Shown: positions 1-12,932 of the stretch, piece after piece
Position numbering within the stretch: the stretch's first letter is position 1
Layout of the letters: each line of letters begins with the position of its first letter
Assembly (NCBI RefSeq): GCF_006345805.1
Contig: NC_043004.1
Location: 81,654,001 to 81,718,000 of the forward strand
From: Octopus sinensis
Taxonomy: Eukaryota
Length of the DNA: 64,000 nucleotides
Direction of reading: 5' to 3'
Notes under the pieces: generated by a model
What the model saw: only the letters and a program-made list of their open reading frames with translations
What the model was told of the DNA's origin: nothing
The model's database searches: none
Made by a program: the position numbers and the translations under genes

Positions 1-196
1 CTTACAAAGAATAAGTCCCGGGGTCGATTTGCTCGACTAAAGGCGGTGCTCCAGCATGGCCGCAGTCAAAACGGGCAAAATAAAACGGGCTTGCAGGCGG
101 AATTCCTCCACTCCTGCTTTAGGGCCTGCGGATCCGAGATGGGGGAACCGTTGGTCTAAAGGAACCTAATGACAAAGATGCTATTCGGACACTTAC

Positions 197-277
197 CGGC
201 CTGTATTTTCGCCATAGACGTTGAATATCTGTCGCACATTGGTGTGATAGGCAGTTTTAATTTCCTCTCACAGTCAC
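197..277 (-). CDS. PDE7: PDE7 exon (DCERKLKLPITPMCDRYSTSMAKIQAG); gene continues left of window
   Basis: 81 bp, acceptor ttctttag, donor gtaagt; contains the invariant purine-binding Gln. Confidence 0.95.
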
Positions 278-439
278 CTAAAGAAAACAAGAAAAACAAA
301 AAGAAAAACCGAATAAATACAATCGAACGGGATACAAGCATTTTGTTGTATTACGGGAGAATATTCTGGAAGAATGATAGAGTAACGTGGTTTTAGTTGG
401 AAATTTGGACGGTAAAAAATGATAGGGTGCGATGAATGG

Positions 440-800
440 TGAATGAGAAGGTGGTAGGAGAAGGGGAAGAGAAGGAGTAGTAGTAGTAGGAGGAGGAGGA
501 GAAGGGGAAGACGAGTAGAAGGAGGAGATAGAGAAGGGAAGAAGAAGGAGGAAGAGGAGGAGATGGGGAATGGAAGAAGAGGAGGAGATGGAGGGGAAAG
601 AAGAAGGAAGAAAAAGAAGCGATGGAGAGGGAAAGAAGGAGGAAGAAGAGGAATAGATGGAGGGGGAAAGAAGAGTAGTATATGGAGGGGAAAAGAAGAA
701 GGAGGAAGAAGAGGAGTACATGGAGGGGGAAAGGAGAAGGAGGAGGAAAAGAAGGCAGAGGTGGAAGAAGAGGAAGGGGCGGAGGTGGTTTGCTATACTG
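440..800 (+). repeat. GA-rich polypurine low-complexity tract
   Basis: About 360 nt, almost all A/G on the + strand. Confidence 0.9.
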
Positions 801-1810
801 AAGTCTTGAGGTTGAACAACAACAACAACAACAGCAACAACAACAATAACAACCAACAATGAATAATTTATTGTTTTGTTGTTTGAGGCAAGTGACATTT
901 TAGTTCAGATTAATTGCTGAAGTAATTAGAGTGAAAATATAACCGTGTTAATATTTGATCAACATTAATGAATCATTAGTGGGCAATTTATTTAATGAGG
1001 GGTCAGTTATAATTATTGGTCTGCCGTTGATGACGAAGACGATGACAATGACGATGATGATGTCAATGATGACGATGACGATGATGCTAATAATAATGAA
1101 GACGCCGACGACGATGACGATATGTCCGACGGTGTAATTATTATTTTCTTTTAAATAAAGGATGAGGTGAATGTATGTTTAGTAACATGATTCAAGTGGG
1201 ACGATGGCAACAGGTGAATCATGGCCCACAAGGGGCCCACTGTGGTGTTCTTTAGGGCCTTGAACCTTTCGAAAACAATTGCTCAAATATAATATACTTG
1301 TCGACCATTGAGACAAATACAAATGTATCGAAGAACTGTGTCATTTGAGAGAGGAATTTTACAAATTAATAATTAATCTTAATCCCCAAGAATATCTTAA
1401 TCTATCTGAATGAAAGCAGAATAACTGACTCCGCCAAAGTGTGTCATTTTTTCCCCTTCTATTAGTTCACATAATCTCATTAGAAGTCATTTGAGCCCCT
1501 TCAGAAACTGTTACACTTTGGAAATTATTTACGTGTTTTTACAATGATTACGATCTCTTCCTTGTAAACAGAAGTTTGTAATTTTCAAATGTTTATTTAA
1601 TTTACTACGAGACAGAGATTCGTTTGTCATTTTATATCTGCATACCACATTGAGTGGTAATGGCTGGTTTTCATTTCCAGTTCAAGAAAAAAAAAAAAAA
1701 AATTCAAAAATTATCTGCTGCCACAGGAATTTCTGACATTTGAAACATTCTTATCATCAGATTGTCATTCGTCAAAGCTATGCTTCTTTTTCAGAATTTT
1801 ATTCATTTTA

Positions 1811-2100
1811 TGGCGGTGAGCTGGCAGAAACGTTAGCACGCCGGGCGAAATGCGTAGCCGTATTTCGTCTGCCGCTACGTTCTGAGTTCAAATTCCGCCG
1901 AGGTCGACTTTGCCTTTCATCCTTTCGGGGTCGATAAATTAAGTACTAGTTACGCCCTGGGGTCGATAAATTAAGTACCAGTTACGCACTGGGATCGATG
2001 TAATCGACTTAATCCGTTTGTCTGTCCTTGTTTGTCCCCTCTATGTTTAGCCCCTTGTGGGTAATAAAGAAACAGGTATTTGTCATTACGTTCTGAGCTT
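1811..2100 (+). mobile_element. tRNA-derived SINE family A, with start of a second unit
   Basis: A box ggcggtgagctggcagaa, B box gagttcaaattcc, central cctttcatcctttcggggtcgataaattaagtacc (Deu/Nin-like, recalled). Confidence 0.85.
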
Positions 2101-2482
2101 AAATTCTGCTGAAAGAGCGCCCGTGAAGGACTTGCGATACTTATAACATAAACAAAAAGTTAGACGTTATTAATATAATTCACTACATTGTATATAGAGA
2201 AGCCACGATTACAAAAAGATTGGGATTTAAATTGAAACTAGTTTTAAATGAAGCTGTTTACAGTAGAGCGTGACTTGCGGAAGATTTGTGTATTGATTTT
2301 AGTAGTTTGAACGACCATATGGAGGCTCTTTCGTTGGCACGTTCGACGCTTGGTTATGACAGTTGATACCTCCTTGTCGCAAACTCGTTTCCATATTTCA
2401 GCACAGCTCCTTCCCTTTATCCCTTACCCAAAACCAACAGCGTTTTATCATTTTTTGACGTCTCAAAGTCTCACTCTCTTCT

Positions 2483-2534
<52 letters not shown>

Positions 2535-2701
2535 GCTCCAGGAAATAGAAGGACCGAAAGATATGATTAATATATGATATTTATTGCCACAAGATAGATA
2601 AGACACAAATGAAAACAAGCAACCAGTCTTTTGGTGACGTGAATGTATAATGCTAATTACGAAAAGTGCTTTAACATCTCTCTGGACTACTACTACTACT
2701 T

Positions 2702-2779
<78 letters not shown>

Positions 2780-3150
2780 ATAATAATTACAATAATAACA
2801 GCAGTAACATAGGCATCAATCATTATCACATCGAGACTTGTTACGTCAAGATCCAATAAAAATAGATTCGATCGAGAGAAAAAAAGAAACAGGAAGAAAC
2901 ACAACAAAGCAAAAAAAAAAAAAAGAACCCAAACAAAAAACAAACAAACAACAACATAAAAACGCTGGTAGGTTTAGTAGTTCTTAGCAAGGTAACTCTC
3001 TGATGTCGCTTATGTTACGAAAAACCCAATGTCATATTAATTTTTGTGTCTGACAATCAATCCATTACGCTAACTGCCATCCATACTATAATAATAATAA
3101 ACGTAATGTCTTTACAAGCAAAAGTAGCCGACAAAGTAGAGAGACAAAGG

Positions 3151-3181
<31 letters not shown>

Positions 3182-4057
3182 TACACACACACATATATGC
3201 GTATATCCATGTATGGTAACTCACATGTGCACGCATGGGAGTTACATTATGTATACATATACATATATACATACAAACATACATACAAACATACATACAT
3301 ACATACATACATACATACATACATACATACATACACGCGCACATGTATATAGCCATATAAATGTGTGGGTGTATATATATATGTATGCGTATGTATACAT
3401 ATACATATGTATATATATACATATGTATATATACACACACATATACATTTCTATTTACAAACATGAAAATGCATATACGCATGTGTATTTAAATGAAAAC
3501 ACACGCACATACGTGCGCGCGTGCACACACACACACACACACACACACACCACACACACACACACGCACATACATACACACGCCCACACGTACACTGGCA
3601 TATGAACAATGTAATCTTTTGAGTCACTTATGAACGATGCGCTGAAGATGAAGAACAAAACTCGAAATATTTTTCACATGGTTTTTTTCCCTTTCACGGA
3701 AAATGGCTGAGCTAAAATAATCAAGCTACGCATATAGAGAAATAAAAATGTCAACCACAAAAGTGATGGGACTTTATTTGCACAGCGATCATTGTAGCGT
3801 GATATATGAACAGACGTTAGTACATTTGTCCTGAAACAACATAAGAAGACTAAGTGTATCTCTGTCTGTCTGTCTATCTATCTATCTATCGTGATCGTTT
3901 TTTTCTTTTTCTTTTTTCTTTCCCTTTTTTTTCCTTTCCCTTTTATGATCCCTTTTGATCGAAAACCTACCCCACTTTTTTTTCTCCCCAAAAAGAAAAG
4001 CTCTACTTTGTAATCTGTCCCGTCTGTGTGCAGCCCTGTGTGGCTAATAAAGAAACA

Positions 4058-4149
<92 letters not shown>

Positions 4150-4235
4150 ATAAATGTGAAACAAGGTGGAAAAAAGAGTACTCAAATACCAGGGGTAGAG
4201 TAATATGCTTATATATATATATATATATATACATA

Positions 4236-4364
4236 GGGGAAGAAGTCACGATAAAAACAAAAGACGAAGACAGGTGGTGTAGAAAAGAAACAGATGTATT
4301 AGTATAACGCTCAGGAATTGAAAAAGTCTTTTACGTTTCGAGCCTACGCACTTCCACAGAAAGG
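4236..4364 (-). mobile_element. Family P1 copy (core CTGTGGA, stem II mismatch)
   Basis: Reverse complement reads ctttCTGTGGAaGTGCgtagGCTCGAAACGTAaaagac. Confidence 0.68.
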
Positions 4365-5322
4365 ATATATATATATATATATATGCTATCTATAGGTTTT
4401 AGATATGCTATCTATAGGTTTTAGTCAACAAGGCTCACAATGATTGGGTAATGAATTCGATTCCCGGATTGGGCTCTGTGTTGTTCTTGAGCAAGACACT
4501 TTGTTTCACGTTGCTCCAGTTCACTCAGCTGTAGAAATGAGTTGCAGCACCAACTAGTGCCAAGCTGTATTGGTTTTTGCTTCTCCCTCGGATAACATCA
4601 GTGGGGTTGAAGAGGAGAGGCTGGTACGCATGGGTGACTGCTGGTCATCCATAAACAACCTTGCCCGAACATTTTAGGGTAACTTTTTAGACGCCATCGG
4701 AGGGTAACTTTTAGGCGCTATCCCATGGTCATACATGATCGAAGAGGGTCTTCACCCAACCCCTTTTTTAGCCAATAATGTATATAAAAGATGTAAATAT
4801 ATCACCGTTAAATACAATACTTTCATGAGTAGAAAATGTGAGTTGCTGAAATATCTTCAATTTTGTTTTCAATTCCTCAAAAGGTAGATTATTCTCATTA
4901 CCTGTCCACAGAAGCACTTCCAATTAAGCGACTATTTTCAAGAGCTTAAGAGAATTGGATTGACACATTTGCATATACGACTCATTGTTGGCACCTACTT
5001 CAATTAATAATTCAATATTTTAGCTGTGTTTGGAATGCGTTCAAGTGGTAACGAACGAATTACCAAGTACATTTTCATAAATGTATATTTGTTGGAGCAA
5101 AATAAGACTCTTAGAAATTTAAAAATGTAATTAAATAAATATTATTTAATGCAAGGAATATTAAAAAAGTGTAAGGAGATTAAATATGTTTCTTAAGGAT
5201 TTTTAATGCTCCGTGCATCATGACAGCTACTTACTGTTTATCAAACAGGTATTTAATTTCTAAACAATTTAGAAATAGGCGTGTGTTGCTGTTGCTGTAG
5301 CAGAAGAGGATGAAAAAAACGA

Positions 5323-5568
5323 GTGGCATTTTATTATATGCATAGGTGGAGTGGTTTTAGCGCCACTCATCTTGGTATGGTGACTGAATGGATAACTGAG
5401 AGAAAAATGGTATTGCAGTGTAGACTAAAAAAAAAAACAGATATTCATCGGTGGCATCACTACTGCTCGGCAATGTTGGAAAGAGTGGTACTATCGGGAG
5501 GTGCAGAAACTGTGGAGATTCCCGATCATCTGTTGATGAAACGTGTGTTTCTGAAATGTAAGCTGTAA
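5323..5568 (+). pseudogene. Possible Merlin/ISXO2-type transposase remnant
   Basis: HRWHHYC, then IG/GG..VE..VDET across frames, resembling W..Y.REVC...IGG...VEIDE. Confidence 0.35.
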
Positions 5569-5591
5569 GTACATTACTAAATAATATGTAC

Positions 5592-5688
5592 CTTGTAGGA
5601 AGAACTCTTCACAGATTTTCTCACTCCATTGCTTACTGGCAGGCCACAGCCGGCACGGGTTACTGATATCGGCACATTTCATGGCGAT
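5592..5688 (-). CDS. PDE7: PDE7 exon ([33 protein letters not shown])
   Basis: 97 bp, acceptor ccattacag, donor gtacat; KCADxxNPCR and EEFFxQG motifs. Confidence 0.97.
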
Positions 5689-5872
5689 CTGTAATGGAAC
5701 ATCAGAGGCACTATTAGTTATGTAATACAAAAAAGAACAAGTTTGGAGAGAGAGCGAGAGAGAGAGATGGTGTGTGAGAGGGAGGGAGTGTGTGTGTGTG
5801 TTTGTATGTGTGTGAGTGAGTGTGTGTGTGTTTGGGAGAGGAGAGATAATGGTGATGGAAGAATATATTTAC

Positions 5873-5938
5873 CTGCATCACAAAATGTCTATGATTAGCA
5901 TTGTTCTTGATTGTGAAATTGGGATCATCTTGGTACTC
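5873..5938 (-). CDS. PDE7: PDE7 exon (EYQDDPNFTIKNNANHRHFVMQ)
   Basis: 66 bp, acceptor gtttttcag, donor gtaaat; phase 0 to 0; HRHFVMQ resembles HRHLVLQ. Confidence 0.9.
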
Positions 5939-6063
5939 CTGAAAAACAAGACAAAAACAAAACAAAATAAAAGCATTTGTATATTTAAATAACCACATAC
6001 ATATCAAGAAATAAAATGATAGTAAAGCATTTGTAGGTCACTGAATGTACAACACTTTCTACC

Positions 6064-6445
6064 TGGAAGCACTCCGTCGGTTACGACGATGAGGGTTCCG
6101 GTTGATCCGAATCAACGGAACAGCCTGCTCGTGAAATTAACGTGTAAGTGGCTGAGCACTCCACAGACACGTGTACCCTTAACGTAGTTCTCGGGGATAT
6201 TCAGCGTGACACAGAGAGTGACAAGGCCGGCCCTTTGAAATACAGGTACAACAGAAACAGGAAGTAAGAGTGAGAGAAAGTTGTGGTGAAAGAGTACAGC
6301 GGGGATCACCACCATCCCTGCCGGAGCCTCGTGGAGCTTTAGGTGTTTTCGCTCAATAAACACTCACAACGCCCGGTCTGGGAATCGAAACCGCGATCCT
6401 ATGACCGCGAGTCCGCTGCCCTAACCCCTGGGCCATTGCGCCTCC
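6064..6445 (-). mobile_element. tRNA-derived SINE family C, full length
   Basis: Head ggaggcgcaatggcccag..ggtttcgattccc; TSD acactttctacc at 6052-63 and 6448-59. Confidence 0.9.
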
Positions 6446-6982
6446 ACACACTTTCTACCATTCTCTCGGTCACCGTAGTAAGTTCCAGTGACAAGCGTTG
6501 CAAGAAAACTGGTAACTATTTTGACTGCAAGTTTTATGTCAGAATATCTTTCTCCTGGAAGAACTTCCTTCCCCACGACTTGGTCAAGAACAACGAAAGA
6601 CTCTTCTACCCCTGGGAAAGCTATTAATCTATAGATTGGACCCTGACAAATACCACTGTTCAGGATCAGAACGGATATGGGATTAATAGTAATTAAGGGG
6701 TGTTTCCACGCCCCCCAAAAATCTAGGACTCCTGGACTGGAGTCTTACCATCGGATGCAGTTTGTTATAAGAGTCAGGGCCCTATCTATGAGTTAAAAAG
6801 ATTTTTAGAGGGTAGAGGAGGCTCCTGCCATTTTTGACGAAACCGCGGAAAAAATACTGACATAAAACTTGCAGCTAGCCATCTTTAAAAGGCTTCTCAC
6901 TGGAACCTGCTATGGCAACCGTGAGAGCGGCAAAAGTGTTGTACAAGCTTTTGTCACTTAAATGCGAAGATGTACAGATGTC

Positions 6983-7247
6983 GTAGTAAAGATTGTTTGC
7001 CAACATAACATGGCAGTCCTGGTTTAGGACGAATGTTGCTGTAATTTAGCTTCAGGAGACATTGTCTCCAGCTGGCTATACGACACGATCTGTGTCCTTA
7101 TATTTTCGAACAAGGGAATCTAGCACACCCACTCAGGTCAAAACAATATCTGTGTATCGCAATTTCCGGGTTTCATGGGGCTAAATTATAGCAACATTCG
7201 TCCTAAACCAGGACTGCTATGTTATGTTGGCAAACAATCTTTACTAC
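6983..7247. mobile_element. MITE-like element with 68-bp terminal inverted repeats
   Basis: 6983-7050 vs 7180-7247, two mismatches. Confidence 0.8.
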
Positions 7248-7476
7248 AAAGTACTGTGGCTGAGATTTTAAAATGGCAATTTTCCAATGTACAGATGTCG
7301 TCTCACAGTCGTTTCATTTCGTTGATCCGGTTTGTATCTTATAATGTCTTATTGGCGATGGGTGCGTTGCATGAAGAGTTATATCCGCGTATATGCAAGG
7401 ATGAAAATAAACCAGAATAATCAGGATGAAAGTTAGACAGCTTACATCTGACAGGATGAGGCAACCATCATCATCA

Positions 7477-7663
7477 TGTACATACATACACACATACATA
7501 CATACATACATACATACATACATAATACATACATACATACATACATACATACATACATACATAACATACATAAGACAAACATACATACATACATACATAC
7601 ATACATACATACATACATACATACATAATACATACATACATAATACATACATACATACATACA

Positions 7664-7697
<34 letters not shown>

Positions 7698-7958
7698 CAT
7701 ACATACATACTACATACATACATACATACATAGATACATACATAATACATACATACATACATACATACATACATACATACATACATACATAAATACAAAC
7801 ATACATACATACATACATACATACATACAAACTACATACATACATAAATAAATACATACATAGATAATACATACATACATACATACATACAACATACATA
7901 CATACATACATATATACAATACATACATACATACATACATACATACAAGATACATACA

Positions 7959-7992
<34 letters not shown>

Positions 7993-8210
7993 CATACATA
8001 CATAATAATACAAACATATAACATACATACATACATACATACATACATACATAACATACATACATACATACATACATACATACATAAATACACACATACA
8101 TACATACATACATAAATACATACATACATAATACATACATACATACATACATACATACATACATACACATGCACATATATTATAATATACATATGATATA
8201 CACACACACA
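7477..8210 (+). repeat. (CATA)n microsatellite field
   Basis: Directly visible; ends about 30 nt from the donor at 8238. Confidence 0.95.
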
Positions 8211-8238
8211 CACAAAATACATTTAAGTAGACTCCAAC

Positions 8239-8320
8239 CTTGAATTTCCGGATAAATTCTTGCTGCCTGGTTATATCTGTAGCCAGAATCAAGGACTTCA
8301 GCTGCCATTCAAGAAGACCC
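8239..8320 (-). CDS. PDE7: PDE7 exon (GLLEWQLKSLILATDITRQQEFIRKFK)
   Basis: 82 bp, acceptor aacttag, donor gttgga; LILATD motif. Confidence 0.94.
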
Positions 8321-8870
8321 CTAAGTTGCAAGAAAAGGTGGGGGGGGGGGGAGGAAAGAAAAAAGAAAAAGAGAAAATAGAGATAGAGAAACGATTGAAA
8401 AAAAATTATAAATGAAAATACACACGACGAAATAACTTAAGATTTTCGGTAGCGCTAAAGAACGGGGGAAAAAAATCAATAATATTTATTTTGACAAATA
8501 TCAAATGGTAAATTTTGTTTGGAAGTGGGCGTGGGTGGAGAGATCAATTAGGCAATTAAGTCGTTCAAATATGGTTGTGGTTCTAATGAGATAGACTACT
8601 AGCACACGAAAAGGTCTGAAAAGGTCAGGCCAACGCTTACGTCTGCATTTTGATAGCACTGAAGGAGGCTGAAGAAAAAACCCCTCGAGGGACTTTTCTG
8701 CATGTCACAGAGATTATACGATAGAATCGCACATACATAATAGAGTGGAATTGAAAGAACTTCGATTAAAGGAGATTATCCAAGTACTTAGACGTCAGAA
8801 CTTCTTGTAGTGGATGTTTAAAATCTAAAGAGAAGCATGGGAGATAACGCAATAATTATCCGTTTTACTA

Positions 8871-9805
8871 TCATAGGCACACGGCCTGAAATTAGTGGGG
8901 AGGTAGGGATGAGTCGATTACGTCGACCCTAGTGTTTCACTGGTACTTAATTTATCGACCTCGAAAGGATGAAAGGCAAAGTCGACCTTAGCTGAATTTG
9001 AACTCAGAACGTATCAACAGACAAAATACCTATTTCTTTACTACCCACAAGGGGCTAAACACAGAGAGGACAAACAAGGACAGACAAACGGATTAAGTCG
9101 ATTATATCGACCCCAGTGCATAACTGGTACTTATTTAATCGACCCCGAAAGGATGAAAGGCAAAGTCGACCTCGGCGGAACATGAACTCAGAACGCAGTG
9201 GCAGACGAAATACCTATTTCTTTACTACTACCCACAAGGGGCTAAACACAAAGGACAAACAAGGACAGACAAACGGATTAAGTCGATTATATCGACCCCA
9301 GTGTATAAATGGTACTGAATTTATCGACCCCGAAAGGATGAAAGGCAAAGTCGACCTCGGCGGAACATGAACTCAGAACGCAGTGGCAGACGAAATACCT
9401 ATTTCTTTACTACCCACAAGGGGCTAAACACAGAAAGGACAAACAAGGACAGACAAACGGATTAAGTCGATTATATCGACCCCAGTGCATACTGGTACTA
9501 ATTTATCGACCCCGTAGGATGAAAGGCAAAGTCGACCTCGGCGGAACATGAACTCAAACGCAGTGGCAGACGAAATACCTATTTCTTTACTACCCACAAG
9601 GGGCTAAACACAGAAAGGACAAACAAGGACAGACAAACGGATTAAGTCGATTATATCGACCCCAGTGCATAACTGGTACTTAATTTATCGACCCCGAAAG
9701 GATGAAAGGCAAAGTCGACCTCGGCGGAATTTGAACTCAGAACGCAGCGGCAGACGAAATACGGCTACGCATTCCGCCCGGCGTGCGAACGTGTCTGCAC
9801 CTCGC
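8871..9805 (-). mobile_element. SINE A head-to-tail array (one headed and four headless units)
   Basis: Unit tails at 9029, 9213, 9398, 9578; periods 184, 185, 180 bp. Confidence 0.9.
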
Positions 9806-10377
9806 AATAATTATGCTTAATTGAAATGTTTGGAAATAAAGAAAATGCTGTTGGAAGTGAACTTTGTCTTTTTGTCTTTAAAACTGGTAAAAACAAAAGT
9901 TACCTTTCGATCTTGACACATTTAATCAGCCAGCGAATAATATTCATCGTAGCTACTAGCCTTATAGAATATAAATTTGTACTAAATTTACACACAGTGC
10001 TCATTTTACTTTCCTTACAAACTGAGGCTGGTAATTAACAATAGATTAAATTACTATTTTCTTCTGAAGATCTGGTGTTATAAAGTGATTATGTAACGAT
10101 TCCCGTACAACATACTCGTATGCAATAGCGAAACACATGTAAAGCGTATATGCTGTATTTTGTTATAATAAAATGTTTAACCGAATCTTCTGTTTTAGTC
10201 CAGTCTTGGATATACTCTCTGTAATCTTTTAAAATGCAAATAAGGCCAAAAGAAAACGGGAGGACAAATTATGTTTAATTGGAAGTCGGATATAAGTGGA
10301 TTCACATGGAGTCTTAATCACCAGTTATCTGTTATTTCATTTCAAATAGCAATTTATATGCATGTAAATGTGTGTGA

Positions 10378-10458
<81 letters not shown>

Positions 10459-10869
10459 TATATATATGTGTGTGTGTGGTGTGTGTGTGTATGTATCTAT
10501 GTATGTATGCATATATATATTTGCATATGTATGTATGTATGTATGTATGTATACATATGATGGCTGTCGACTTGTGCCCATGCTGAGTGTCAACAATGCC
10601 CGTGCATTGGGTTATTGCACCAGCAACCGGTTTTACCCGGGTTCGGATCCACAGCATCCATGGTTGCCGCAGCGCCCTTCAATTCAGCCCGTGATCGGAT
10701 AGTCACCCCCACCGGCGATAGTAGAATCTAAAATTTTAGGTCCAATAAGGTTTGCACAACAACCCACAGACCTTCTCCACCGTACTGACATGATCCAGAG
10801 ACAACCCAGGGCAATATACCCCCCCACACACACATGCACACTTATAAATACATGTCTGTATATTTGTAT

Positions 10870-11085
10870 GTTTACCGCCTGACTGCCCCCCGTGCCGGTG
10901 GCACGTAAAAGCACCCACTACACTCTCGGAGTGGTTGGCGTTAGGAAGGGCATCCAGCTGTAGAAACTCTGCCAGATCAAGATTGAAGCCCGGTGCAGCC
11001 ATCTGGTCCGTCAGCCCTTAGTCATTCGTCCAACCCATGCTAGCATGGAAAGCAGACGTTAAACGACGATAATGATGATGATGAT
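10870..11085 (+). mobile_element. SINE/LINE 3' fragment with RTE-type tail
   Basis: gttaggaagggcatccagctgtagaaac...gcatggaaagcagacgttaaacgac(gat)n. Confidence 0.55.
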
Positions 11086-11107
11086 GTAAATATAGACACA
11101 TTTTTGC

Positions 11108-11169
<62 letters not shown>

Positions 11170-11332
11170 ATGTGTGTATATACATGCATGATGTACATGC
11201 ACATATATATCTTCATGTATGTATATATGTATATATGTGTTTATGCACTCGCGTTTGCGCATGGCCTATGTGTATCACCGTTTTTGCATTTATGAGATAG
11301 GATAATCTATATGTGGTTTAGCATGAATAAAT

Positions 11333-11435
<103 letters not shown>

Positions 11436-11704
11436 CCCAGTATTAAAAGCTAAAATAAATGGAACTAATAACACTAACAAAAAAAAAACAACAAAAAACA
11501 AACAGACGAAGGTGATAAGAATGAAGCATCCATAACGTGCTGGTTTCGCTGGTGACTATATTTCTCTACGTATATAGACCTGTGTGGTTACGTAAGCCAG
11601 TGATAGACAAGAGATGGTCCCTTGAGAGCGGGGACCCAGTCAGCAAGTGCTAACCTGGCTTCAAGGTGCGATGCACAAAAAGGATGTCCTACATCAGCGC
11701 TCAC

Positions 11705-11796
11705 CATTGATGTGCATCAAAATGGTCGAAGATTCCGCATTCGTGTAGCACACCAACGGCTGACCTCCAGTGATGGTTTTCAAGAACTGAGTTATT
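11705..11796 (-). CDS. PDE7: PDE7 exon ([31 protein letters not shown])
   Basis: 92 bp, acceptor atttcag, donor gtgagc; [13 protein letters not shown] is PDE7-like; not shown in the ORF track. Confidence 0.96.
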
Positions 11797-12166
11797 CTGA
11801 AATCAACAAAAATAAAATAAAATAAAATAAAATAAAATAAATAGAAATAAATATTAAATAAAAAAAAAGTAAAAGAAATTTCGTTAACTTCATTTTAATT
11901 TCGAAAGGTTAGTGGATTGTTGTAATTATCTTCCCTTCCTTCTCTGGACACTAACGTTTCTTTACCTGTTTCCAAAAGTGAAGATAATACCAATAATGAA
12001 GAATTGTTCTTGTATGGCATTTGATATACTTGTATTCGTCTTATATTCTAATATATGTCGTTGTCCATTCTCAGTTTTTTTTTGTCATTTCTGTTTTGCC
12101 TTTTGTTCGTGTCTGTATATTTATATATATATGTCACTCTCTCTCACCCCATATATATATATATAC

Positions 12167-12558
12167 TCTTTACTCTTTTACTTGTTTCAGTCATTTGACT
12201 GCGGCCATGCTGGAGCACCGCCTTTAGTCGAGCAAATCGACCCCGGGACTTATTCTTTGTAAGCCCAGTACTTATTCTATCGGACTCTTTTGCCGAACCG
12301 CTAGGTGACGGGGACGTAAACACACCAGCATCGGTTCTCAAGCAATGCTAGGGGACAAACACAGACACACAAATACACACACACATACATATATATATAT
12401 ATACATATGTACGACAGGCTTCTTTCAGTTTCCGTCTACCAAATCCACTCACAAGGCATTGGTCGGCCCGGGGCTATAGCAGAAGACACTTGCCCAAGAT
12501 GCCACGCAGTGGGACTGAACCCGGAACCATGTGGTTGGTTAGCAAGCTACTGCGCCTA
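12167..12558 (-). mobile_element. tRNA-derived SINE family B (CORE-like domain)
   Basis: gggttcagtcccactgcgtggc..ttgggcaagtgtcttc head, internal (TA/TG)n, tail ...gactgaaacaagtaaaagag. Confidence 0.85.
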
Positions 12559-12670
12559 TATATATATATATACATCTACATGATGTGGCAGTCACTTTGC
12601 CTCTTACTCGGATTTTCAGAAATTTTGCATGACTGTATCCGAAAATTTCTTCATACAACTTGATCAAATA

Positions 12671-12932
12671 TTCAATATGAGCTATATGTAGACATGCATA
12701 AATTCTATAGGTTTAAAACCTTTCATCGGATCTCCATGAATCGAACTTTCTTCAATGCAGTTAATCTTACAACCTCTTTTGTATCTACCCTTTTGATGTT
12801 TGGGAATTCTCTGATATTTTTCGGCTGACGAGTACGAGCCATCTGTATTCACTGCATTTTTTGTAGCTTATTAAAGATGTCCTCGTACGAAACGATCGTA
12901 CCGAGATTTTAATCCATTCTTGTTGCTTTTTT

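Noticed and set aside
278-898. 206-aa Ser/Pro/Leu-rich ORF
   Set aside because: Low-complexity GA tract inside a PDE7 intron.
7314-8222. Long ORFs of [12 protein letters not shown] type here and throughout the window
   Set aside because: Translations of stop-free microsatellites; only 8239-8320 of the 285-aa ORF is a real exon.
8871-9805. CRISPR-like array
   Set aside because: Units are about 184-bp SINE bodies with no unique spacers, in eukaryotic DNA with no cas genes.
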